NCBI GenBank assembly: GCA_045863335.1
Contig: BTVY01000036.1
Coordinates: 10,955-74,954, forward strand
DNA: 64,000 nucleotides
Direction: 5' to 3'
DNA from: Candidatus Hydrogenedentota bacterium
GTDB lineage: Bacteria > Hydrogenedentota > Hydrogenedentia > Hydrogenedentales > SLHB01
Positions 18,891 to 27,347 of the stretch are shown in pieces. The position numbers and the translations under genes are program-made. Every line of letters begins with the position of its first letter. Position 1 is the stretch's first letter. A model generated the notes under the pieces. It did not search any database and had not been told where the DNA came from. It saw only the letters and a program-made list of their open reading frames with translations.

Positions 18891-19987
18891 CAAACCCCTG
18901 CGGGTTCGTTGATGCCCATCGCTTCCAACACCGCATCTTCCTTCGCCTCCACCGTCACCGGTTCCTCGGCGGATTTGATCGCGCTGTCCGGATCCTTCAA
19001 TCCATGTCCCGTGAGGATACACACGACCCGCAACTTATCGCCGTACTCCGGTTCGAAGTCGTCGAAGTATCCGTTCTCCGTGAGTTTGATCAGCCCCGCG
19101 ATGCTCGCCGCGCTCGCCGGTTCGCAGAAGATGCCTTCCGCCGCCGCGACCTTCTGGTACGCGACCCGGATCTCGTGGTCCGTCACCATGCCGATGACCC
19201 CGCCCGACTCGTCCCGCGCGGCTTCGGCCGTCTTCCAACTCGCGGGATTGCCGATTCGAATGGCCGTCGCGAAGGTCTGCGGCTTCTCCACCGGATGCCC
19301 CAGCACGATCGGCGCGGACCCGGCCGCCTGGAATCCGAGCATGCGCGGAAGGTTCCGCACCTTGCCGAGATCGCGGTATTCCTTGTAGCCTTTCCAATAG
19401 GCCGTGATGTTCCCCGCATTTCCGACGGGCAGCGCATGGAAATCCGGCGCCCAGCCTTCGAAATCGTCCACGATCTCAAAGGCGCCCGTCTTCTGGCCCT
19501 CGATGCGGTACGGGTTCACCGAGTTCACCAACTGAATCGGCTCTTTCTCGGTAATGCTCCGCACGAGGTTCAAGGCATCATCAAAATTCCCCTTGACCTG
19601 GATGACCTTCGCGCCGTGGATCATCGCCTGCGACAGTTTCCCCATGGCGATCTTGCCTTCAGGGATCAGCACCGCGCAGGTGATGTTGGCCCGCGCCGAG
19701 TACGCCGCCGCCGACGCCGACGTGTTGCCGGTGGACGCGCAGATGACTGCCTTGTACCCCTCTTCGACGGCCTTGGTGATGGCCATCGTCATCCCGCGAT
19801 CCTTGAAGGACCCCGTGGGATTCAAGCCTTCGTACTTGAGGTAGATGTCGAGCTTCGGATTGATCGCCTGGCTGAGGTTGTAGGCCCGCACCAGCGGCGT
19901 CGAACCCTCGTTCAACGAAATCACGCAGGTTTTGTCCGATACCGGCAAATAATCCCGATACCGCTCGATCAAAGGTTGCATCAGCAT
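18890..19987 (-). CDS. thrC: Threonine synthase
   Basis: [16 protein letters not shown] (PLP lysine), [18 protein letters not shown] and TGHGLKDP motifs. Confidence 0.96.
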   Translation of the reverse strand: MLMQPLIERYRDYLPVSDKTCVISLNEGSTPLVRAYNLSQAINPKLDIYLKYEGLNPTGSFKDRGMTMAITKAVEEGYKAVICASTGNTSASAAAYSARANITCAVLIPEGKIAMGKLSQAMIHGAKVIQVKGNFDDALNLVRSITEKEPIQLVNSVNPYRIEGQKTGAFEIVDDFEGWAPDFHALPVGNAGNITAYWKGYKEYRDLGKVRNLPRMLGFQAAGSAPIVLGHPVEKPQTFATAIRIGNPASWKTAEAARDESGGVIGMVTDHEIRVAYQKVAAAEGIFCEPASAASIAGLIKLTENGYFDDFEPEYGDKLRVVCILTGHGLKDPDSAIKSAEEPVTVEAKEDAVLEAMGINEPAGV

Positions 19988-20016
19988 GGTCGTGTCTCTT
20001 TCCGTTTGGGGCGGGG

Positions 20017-21297
20017 TTACTCGTCCAACACGCGCAAGAAATGGGTCGGCTCGTGGATAACGTCGAGGGCGTCGATCTCGGCGAGGGCGTCCCTCAACGC
20101 CGACTCGATGGTAGCGTAGGTCATGAGGACCACGTGCACCCGGTTCACCTCATGTTCTTCTTTCTGGATGCACGATGCAATACTCACCCCATGGTCGCCG
20201 AGGATGGTACACAGTCGCCCCAATACCCCCGGTCGGTCCAGCGTGGTCATGCGCAGGTAATACCGGCCCTGGATGCTGCCCACGCTCCGGATAGGCCGTT
20301 TCTGCTGATAATTGAAGGGGGGAGGCACCGGACCATTCCCGCGCCGGGCGATGTCGACGACATCCGCGACGACGGCACTGGCGGTGGGCATCCGGCCCGC
20401 GCCGCGTCCATAATAGAGCGTAGCGTCAGCTATATCTGACTTAACGTAAATTGCATTAAACTCGTTCCGCACCGATGCTAGCAAATGGTCGTCCGGCACC
20501 AAGGTCGGATGGACCCGCGCCTCGATCTCCCCGTTGCACTCCCGAATGACCGCCAAGAGCTTGATGAGGTACCCCATCTCGCGGGCATAAAGGACATCCG
20601 CGTACGTGACTTTCGTCACGCCTTCCGTATGGATGTCGTCCAGGCTGACCTCGGTCGCGTAACACAAGGAGGCCATAATCTGGCATTTGTGGGCCGTGTC
20701 GTGCCCTTCGATATCCAGGTCCGGCGGCGTTTCCGCGAAGCCCTGCTCCTGGGCCTGTTTCAAGGCTTCCTCGAACTCGAGCCCCTCGTAGGTCATCCGG
20801 CTGAGGATGTAGTTGCAGGTGCCGTTGAGGATGCCGTAGATGAACTCGACCCGGTTCGCGGAAAGCCCTTCGCGCAGGGCTTTGATGATAGGGATGCCGC
20901 CGGCGACGGCCGCCTCGTAGCGGAGTTCGACGTTGTTCTTCGCGGCCGCATCGCACAGCTCCGGCCCGTGGTACGCGAGCAGCATCTTGTTCGCGGTTAC
21001 CACGCTTTTCCCGGCGTTCAGCGCCGCAAGGATAAACTTCTTCGCGGGGTTCAACCCGCCAATCAACTCCACCACAACCTCGACCTTGGGGTCGTTAATG
21101 AGAGCCATGGCGTCATTGCTGATAGTGACGTCTTTCAGACCATATTCATCGAAGAGGGCCGTATTCAGATCCGCCACGTGGACCAGGGCGACTTCCGCCC
21201 CGGACGTGCGCGATATCACGTCATCATTGTTCAGCAGGGTGCGAATCACCCCACCCCCGACGGTGCCTGCCCCAATTACCCCAACTCCGATGGACAT
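20017..21297 (-). CDS. hom: Homoserine dehydrogenase with C-terminal ACT domain
   Basis: [35 protein letters not shown] and DRPGVL (ACT) motifs. Confidence 0.96.
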   Translation of the reverse strand: MSIGVGVIGAGTVGGGVIRTLLNNDDVISRTSGAEVALVHVADLNTALFDEYGLKDVTISNDAMALINDPKVEVVVELIGGLNPAKKFILAALNAGKSVVTANKMLLAYHGPELCDAAAKNNVELRYEAAVAGGIPIIKALREGLSANRVEFIYGILNGTCNYILSRMTYEGLEFEEALKQAQEQGFAETPPDLDIEGHDTAHKCQIMASLCYATEVSLDDIHTEGVTKVTYADVLYAREMGYLIKLLAVIRECNGEIEARVHPTLVPDDHLLASVRNEFNAIYVKSDIADATLYYGRGAGRMPTASAVVADVVDIARRGNGPVPPPFNYQQKRPIRSVGSIQGRYYLRMTTLDRPGVLGRLCTILGDHGVSIASCIQKEEHEVNRVHVVLMTYATIESALRDALAEIDALDVIHEPTHFLRVLDE

Positions 21298-21390
21298 GTC
21301 CTTCCTTTCCCGCATGCAGCACAGGACCCATCAAACGTCCATGGGTCCTGCGCATAATCCCTGCCCCGCTAAAGGCTGGGCTTCTTTCGC

Positions 21391-21630
21391 CTAATCTTCA
21401 ATAACGCACAAGACGTCGCCGACGGAAACCTCATCTCCTTCGTGGACGTATTTCTCTTCCAGCTTCCCCGTTTTCGGGCAGGGGATGCTGAACGCCGCCT
21501 TGTCGGTGGTCAATTCGACGAGGTCTTCGCCCTCTTTGACCGTGTCTCCCTCTTCGTACAACCAATACGAAACCGTGGCCACGTCGGCCGCATCTTCGCC
21601 GAGGCTCGGCAACTTGACTTCGTGCGTCAT
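21391..21630 (-). CDS. Stand-alone lipoyl-domain protein
   Basis: VKLPSLGE, VELTTDKA (lipoyl lysine) and EGDEVSVG; 79 aa. Confidence 0.9.
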   Translation of the reverse strand: MTHEVKLPSLGEDAADVATVSYWLYEEGDTVKEGEDLVELTTDKAAFSIPCPKTGKLEEKYVHEGDEVSVGDVLCVIED

Positions 21631-21675
21631 GCAATCATTCTCCTTCAACTATGCAACATGCACACCCAGGGCGCC

Positions 21676-22557
21676 TTACACAGCGCGCACCCGATTCCGC
21701 GCAAACGTCGTCTTCATCAACTCTTCGGACCGGTACGAACTTCGGACAAACGGTCCAGCCACGGCAAAGGCGAAACCCATGTCGTAGGCCTGCTTCTCGT
21801 AAGCTGTAAACTGTTCCGGCGTCACGTATTCCAACACTTCCCGCTGCTTCGTGCTGGGCCGTAAATACTGCCCGATACATACCGCCTCACAGCCCGCGTT
21901 CAGCAAGTCGCGCAGGGTTTGCTCCACTTCGTCGGGCGTCTCCCCATGGCCTACCATGAGAGCCGATTTCACAATCGGGTCCCGCCGTTCCGCGACGTGG
22001 CGCAACACGCCGAGGGCCTCCTGGTACGTACAACGTTTCCCGCGGATCGTCGTGTATAACCGCTCCACCGTTTCGATGTTATGACCGAACACATCCGGCC
22101 GCGCGTCTAAGACGATATCGACGGCGTCGAAGTCTCCCATGAAGTCAGGGGTAAGCACTTCCACACTCGTCCGGGGACTCAAGCGCCGAACCGCACGAAT
22201 CGTCTCCGCGATGTGCCCCGCGCCGCCGTCGGGCAGGTCGTCGCGCGTAACCGAAGTGATGACAGCATGTTTCAGCTTCATCTTGGCAATGGCTTCCGCC
22301 ACGTGCTCCGGTTCCGAAGCGTCGACGCCTTCGGGTTTTCCGCCCGGCACGGAGCAAAATCGGCAACTCCGCGTGCACGTGTTCCCGAGGATCATGAGCG
22401 TGGCCGTGCGCTGTTGCCAGCACTCGGCCATGTTCGGGCACCGCGCGCTCTGGCAAACCGTATGCAGGTCCAGCCCTTCCACCAGTTCCTTGGTGAAGCT
22501 GAAATCCTGCCCCGAGGCCCAGGGCCGGCGGATCCATTCCGGGAATCGCTGCGTCAT
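21676..22557 (-). CDS. lipA: Lipoyl synthase
   Basis: CQSARCPNMAEC, CTRSCRFC, TSVTRDDL and VRSSY motifs. Confidence 0.97.
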   Translation of the reverse strand: MTQRFPEWIRRPWASGQDFSFTKELVEGLDLHTVCQSARCPNMAECWQQRTATLMILGNTCTRSCRFCSVPGGKPEGVDASEPEHVAEAIAKMKLKHAVITSVTRDDLPDGGAGHIAETIRAVRRLSPRTSVEVLTPDFMGDFDAVDIVLDARPDVFGHNIETVERLYTTIRGKRCTYQEALGVLRHVAERRDPIVKSALMVGHGETPDEVEQTLRDLLNAGCEAVCIGQYLRPSTKQREVLEYVTPEQFTAYEKQAYDMGFAFAVAGPFVRSSYRSEELMKTTFARNRVRAV

Positions 22558-22643
22558 TGGAATCAAAAACCTTCTTTGGCGTGTCGACAACGCGCACACC
22601 GTCCGGCTAGTATAGCATTTGGAGAGGGGCAATAGGAAGTATC

Positions 22644-23252
22644 TTGAGGAACCGGGCGTTTGGGTTAGCTCTGAGCGATTCTCCATGTAACGACACGGAA
22701 CTCGACACCTTAATGATTCCACCACAGCAACTTACATCGTTTAGATGCACGAGAAAGCCCCTTCACGATCATGTGATCCGAGTCGCTGATGCCAGAGACA
22801 CGGAAGAGATCAGTCACGTGCTTTGTGCCTGTTACGAAGGATTCATCGATAGCGACGGATTCGCAAAACACGTGGTAGAACGTCTGAAAAAGTCGCGCGG
22901 CTCCGCCGCATGCGTTCGTGATGAGATCGCGGAGGGCGGTGTGTTTGTCGCGGTAGTTGAGGTCCGGATAGCAGGCGTCGTATCAGTCCACGGCAACGAA
23001 ATCGCGCGGCTTTATGTTGCCCCCGAGCAGCAGAGGCGCGGGGTCGGGACGCTTCTGTTCAACTACGCCGAGACTCGCATCAGAGCGAATGGTTTTACCT
23101 ATCTCACCTTGGGCGCGGTTGGCCACTCGATGATTCCATTTTACGAGAAGTTGGGAATGCGTGTTGTGGGCGAAAAGAAGAATGTAAATGGCCCCTGCGC
23201 TGGGATTATGACGACAATCATGGCGAAGCAACTTACGGGGGATGAATGCTGA
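22644..23252 (+). CDS. GNAT family N-acetyltransferase
   Basis: LYVAPEQQRRGVGTLL and FYEKLG motifs. Start is probably nearer 22772. Confidence 0.85.
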   Translation: MRNRAFGLALSDSPCNDTELDTLMIPPQQLTSFRCTRKPLHDHVIRVADARDTEEISHVLCACYEGFIDSDGFAKHVVERLKKSRGSAACVRDEIAEGGVFVAVVEVRIAGVVSVHGNEIARLYVAPEQQRRGVGTLLFNYAETRIRANGFTYLTLGAVGHSMIPFYEKLGMRVVGEKKNVNGPCAGIMTTIMAKQLTGDEC

Positions 23253-24604
23253 TGAAACGCCTTACTTTGCCGTTCCTAATGATCGCGGTTGTTTTCGGCT
23301 CTGCAACCGGAGCTTTGGCGAACGCGCCGAATGCTGACGCCATTGAAGCCGTAAAATCCGGCCAGCGCGCGGACGCCAACGCCGCATGGTGGGGTTTCAA
23401 TTCGGAAGACGCGACGGACGCGCTGCAATCCGCCATCGATTCGGGCGCAAAGACGGTGACGGTGCCCTATATGGGCGCGCCGTGGATTGTTCGACCCATC
23501 AAGCTGCGCAGCAATCTGGAACTGATTCTTGAGCCTGGCGTGCTGGTGCTGGCGAAGGCCGGCGAGTTCAAAGGCAAAGGGGATTCCCTGTTTACCGCCG
23601 CGGACGCGACGGATATCACGATTCGCGGGTATGGCGCGGTGCTCCGCATGAGGAAGAGCGACTACCAGTCCGACGCCTACGAGAAGGCGGAATGGCGCAT
23701 GGGCTTCGCCTTCCGGGGCTGCAAACGGATCCTGGTCGAGGGCGTTCGCGTCGAAAGCAGTGGGGGAGACGGGTTTTACATCGGCGCCACGGGCGAAAAC
23801 CCCTGGTGCGAAGATGTCACGATCCGCGACTGCATCTGCGACGACCATCACCGCCAGGGCATCAGCGTAATCAGCGCGCAGAATCTACTGATTGAGAACT
23901 GCGTGTTGTCCGGCACGGAAGGCACTGCGCCGGAAGCCGGCATCGATCTCGAGCCCAACAACGAAAACGAGCGGTTGGTCAATTGCGTCATTCGTAACTG
24001 CGTCATCGAGAATAATGCCGGGAACGGCATCCTCCTTTACCTGCGCCCCTTGACCAGTGCCAGCGAACCGGTGTCCATCCGGTTTGAGGACTGTGTCGTG
24101 CGAATGGGCGAGCCCGGCGATGCCCTGGCCGACTTCACCAACGTCAACATGAAAGGCGGCGCGGGGATTCGCGTGTCGGCGCTACGCGACGATGGCCCCC
24201 AGGGAACCATCGATTTCGTGAATTGCACCGTCGAGAATGCCGCCGAAGAATGCGTGGCACTGTCCGAGAAGTCCGCAAAATCGGCCGTGGTCCGCTTCCA
24301 AGACTGCAACTTCGGCCCATCCTGGGTCGCCGCCAACCGTGGATACTGGAAGCCCCGCGTCCCTATATCCATCAGTGGACGCCGCCCTGACGTCGCGGCG
24401 GACCTGGGCGGGATCGAATTCGTCGGCTGCCATGTCTTCGACACGGTCCCGCGCCCCGTCATCGCCTATCTCCCCTCCGAGGGCGACGTGGCGCTGCGGG
24501 ACATCGGCGGGACCATCTTCGCCTACGGTTCGGCGAGCGCCCGAGCGGACCTCGGCGATTCGGCCGAGAATGTATCCTTGGAGGTGCTCGCAACAAAGGA
24601 GTAA
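23246..24604 (+). CDS. Exported right-handed parallel beta-helix (pectin-lyase-like) protein
   Basis: Signal peptide, DATDALQSAID, GGDGFYI, HRQGISV and GIDLEPN. Confidence 0.85.
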   Translation: MLMKRLTLPFLMIAVVFGSATGALANAPNADAIEAVKSGQRADANAAWWGFNSEDATDALQSAIDSGAKTVTVPYMGAPWIVRPIKLRSNLELILEPGVLVLAKAGEFKGKGDSLFTAADATDITIRGYGAVLRMRKSDYQSDAYEKAEWRMGFAFRGCKRILVEGVRVESSGGDGFYIGATGENPWCEDVTIRDCICDDHHRQGISVISAQNLLIENCVLSGTEGTAPEAGIDLEPNNENERLVNCVIRNCVIENNAGNGILLYLRPLTSASEPVSIRFEDCVVRMGEPGDALADFTNVNMKGGAGIRVSALRDDGPQGTIDFVNCTVENAAEECVALSEKSAKSAVVRFQDCNFGPSWVAANRGYWKPRVPISISGRRPDVAADLGGIEFVGCHVFDTVPRPVIAYLPSEGDVALRDIGGTIFAYGSASARADLGDSAENVSLEVLATKE

Positions 24605-24709
24605 GGCCCAGGGGATAGGGGGACTTGGGCGGGGACGCCCAAGCCACGGCTCAATGCCTCGCGTAACTGACCGACGAAGTCAGGCGGCAGAATGGGCCTA
24701 GATTAAAAG

Positions 24710-24817
24710 GTCCATGTCGTCCATACCGTCCATATCGTCCATATCGTCCATGCCCAGACCATTTCGCAGTTCCACCAACCTTTCCATTTCGGATTTCGGG
24801 CTTCGAATTTCGGATTT
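24710..24817. repeat. Short tandem repeats (9-mer GTCCATNNC x5; ATTTCGG heptamers)
   Basis: Read directly from the sequence. Confidence 0.7.
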
Positions 24818-24867
24818 GCCTTCTGTGTAGTACTGTGCGGCGTAGGAAGTTACACAACGCTAATCTC

Positions 24868-24896
24868 TTGACTTATCCCATGGCCTATGTTAGCTT
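24868..24896 (+). promoter_or_regulatory. Possible sigma70 promoter
   Basis: TTGACT-N17-TAGCTT. Confidence 0.45.
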
Positions 24897-24951
24897 TTGG
24901 TAACGGCCAAGGGAGTTGCGGACCAAGGGTCGTTCAGCTCGGAGGAGTCAG

Positions 24952-25887
24952 GTGCGGTTAGTCGAAGAACATCCCCTCCCACAATCGCCCAAGAAGGCGC
25001 CCGAAGTGTTGGTCGTCGGCGGCGGCAAAGGGGGAGTCGGTAAGACCTGTTTCTCGGTGAACATCGCCGTCGAGATCGCCCGGAAGGGCTGGCGCGTCGT
25101 GCTCGTAGACGCCGATCTCAGTTGCTCCAACGTAGAGACCGTCCTCGGAGTCGAGGTGGGCGCTAAGCTCGACGACTTCTTCTACCAGCGCGGCGGCAAG
25201 GACATCCGCGCCATCCTCACCGAAACGCAATACGAAAACCTTGCGCTCATCCCTGGCACCACGGGTCTCCTCGACGTTGCCAATCCCAAGTATCAGCAGA
25301 AGGTCGCCTTTATCCGGGAACTCGGGCAGCTCGACGCGGATATCATCATCGTCGACCTCGACGCGGGCGCCCATTTGAATACGCTGGACTTCTTCCTGAT
25401 GACCGACACCAACGGCGTCCTCGTCATCACACCGGAAAAGACGAGTATCGACAACGCGTTCAAGTTCCTCCGCGCGGCCCTGTTCCGGAAGATCGAGCGG
25501 TTTTATCAGAGCCCCGAAGTGGCGCTTCTGTTGAAACGAAACCAGACCTTGCGCGAATTCATTGACAGCGTGCGGTCTTCCGAGATTTTCGAGGAGAAAA
25601 CGCGAAAACGGGTCTGCGGGGAAATTGTATCCATCGCGCGGGCCATCAAACCGAAGATCGTCGTGAACCGCGCGCGCAACGCTTACGAAGCCCAGATCGC
25701 CGCGAACATCCTATCCAAGCTCGCCCGGCAGCAACTGATGGTCGAACCCGAGAATCTCGGGTTTCTGTACTTTGATAAATGCGTTCCGGAGGCGATAAAC
25801 TGCGGAACACCGTTCGTCGTGAGTCACCCCAGGCAAAAGGTAACGGCATGTGTGGCCGATATCGCCAATCGGCTGGGATACTTCTAG
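24952..25887 (+). CDS. MinD/ParA family ATPase (FleN/FlhG-like)
   Basis: GGKGGVGKT, VDADL and IVDLDAG motifs; GGAGG RBS before GTG at 24952. Confidence 0.9.
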   Translation: MRLVEEHPLPQSPKKAPEVLVVGGGKGGVGKTCFSVNIAVEIARKGWRVVLVDADLSCSNVETVLGVEVGAKLDDFFYQRGGKDIRAILTETQYENLALIPGTTGLLDVANPKYQQKVAFIRELGQLDADIIIVDLDAGAHLNTLDFFLMTDTNGVLVITPEKTSIDNAFKFLRAALFRKIERFYQSPEVALLLKRNQTLREFIDSVRSSEIFEEKTRKRVCGEIVSIARAIKPKIVVNRARNAYEAQIAANILSKLARQQLMVEPENLGFLYFDKCVPEAINCGTPFVVSHPRQKVTACVADIANRLGYF

Positions 25888-25979
25888 TAGTAATTCCCTC
25901 TCCAAATCTTCTACACGCGGCGCAGAACGGTGCTTGTGAGAAACAACGGCCAACCGGCCCGCACTGGAGCGAGTCAAGC

Positions 25980-27347
25980 TTACAGCCCCCAATAGTCGGT
26001 TTCGGGGCTGGCTACGCCAGAGGTCCAGCGGTTCCAGTCCTTAAGAATCCGCTTTACGAGGGGGCATCGTCGGGCGTCCACAATCTGGTCGGCCAGAGCC
26101 TCGGCTTTTGATCGCAGTTCTAGCGTGCGGGCGTTCTGCCGGCAAATGCGCGCTTCGATGAGTACGGCGCGCAGTTGACACTTGAGATTTCCGGTACGAA
26201 CACCGTATGCGGTGGCTTGTTCGAGATAATCTCGTGCAATCTCATAGTCGCCTTCGAGCTTCGCAAGACCCGTCAAGGTGAAATCGCCGAGATCCCCCCA
26301 GAGTCCTTCAGACTCCTGGCCCTGGCGAACTTGTCGCAGCGTTTCCCGCGCCCGTACGAACTCTCCCTGCACGCGGTCCACCTCGGCAAGTCCTACCAGA
26401 ATGAGGCCAGCCACGCGCAACTCTGCCATTCCGCCAATTTCCACTTCCAATGCGGTTTCGAGCAGGGAACGCGCGTCTGCGGACTGCCCCCTCGCCAACT
26501 TGGTCATACCGCCGTACAAGTAAATCAGCGCTTTTGCGCCGCTCCCGCCTGCGCCAGCCGAAAGCTCCACACCGCGACGGAACCACGGCTCCACCTCCGG
26601 TGAGGGAAAGAGGCCCGCGTACCGGTTGCAGCACAGGAAGTCGCTGCAGGTCATCTGTGTGACCCGCTCGTAGCGAATGAGCTCCTTGAGATGCTCCTGA
26701 CCGTATGCCCCGGCTACCAACTGACCGCATCGGACGCTGGTAAACGCGGAAAACCGCCGAAGATCGATCCTTGCGGATCGCTCGAGGTGCAAGAAGTTTT
26801 CATTTGCCATGTCCAGTACAGCCTTTGCATCGCCATATCGCGCACTCTTGTATAGTTGGTATCCATCCCACGCGATCGCTCGATTGGAAGGGCGCGGCGG
26901 CCCTTCGACCTGTTCTTGCATGCCGATCCAGTCCACGACGCGCCGAACGTGGGGACTTGCCGAATCTGGGCGGACGCCAGAGGCGACTGCGACCTCCAGG
27001 TTCCGCAAGCGCTCAGTGAAGTACTCCGCGGCCCGGTGCAGATCCCGGCCGGACCCGTAGATACCGATTTCGTCGTTTCCAACCACCCACCGGTTTGCGC
27101 CCTCGGAAAACTCCCAGACCTGGACGGCGAAGCGGCGCCAAGCGTTTCCGTATCGAATGTCCAGATGATGTATGGGGCGTAACGCGGCAGCGCACTTCGT
27201 TGCGAGATCTGGACATGACTTCTCCGCCACCTGGGGCGCTGCGGAGAGGGCCTCGGGAAAAAGGCCCAGGTTCGTGAAAAAATCAAAGTGCTCGTTCGTG
27301 CCGGTTGGTGGCATTGTTCGATTCAGTTGCCGTGAATGAGTGTCCAT
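25980..27347 (-). CDS. TPR-like protein with possible N-terminal HicB-like domain; third gene of the Pup-like operon
   Basis: TPR-like helices (LAEVDRVQGEFVRARETL, ARGQSADARSLLETAL). GGAGG precedes ATG at 27347, which overlaps the upstream gene's end. Confidence 0.7.
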   Translation of the reverse strand: MDTHSRQLNRTMPPTGTNEHFDFFTNLGLFPEALSAAPQVAEKSCPDLATKCAAALRPIHHLDIRYGNAWRRFAVQVWEFSEGANRWVVGNDEIGIYGSGRDLHRAAEYFTERLRNLEVAVASGVRPDSASPHVRRVVDWIGMQEQVEGPPRPSNRAIAWDGYQLYKSARYGDAKAVLDMANENFLHLERSARIDLRRFSAFTSVRCGQLVAGAYGQEHLKELIRYERVTQMTCSDFLCCNRYAGLFPSPEVEPWFRRGVELSAGAGGSGAKALIYLYGGMTKLARGQSADARSLLETALEVEIGGMAELRVAGLILVGLAEVDRVQGEFVRARETLRQVRQGQESEGLWGDLGDFTLTGLAKLEGDYEIARDYLEQATAYGVRTGNLKCQLRAVLIEARICRQNARTLELRSKAEALADQIVDARRCPLVKRILKDWNRWTSGVASPETDYWGL

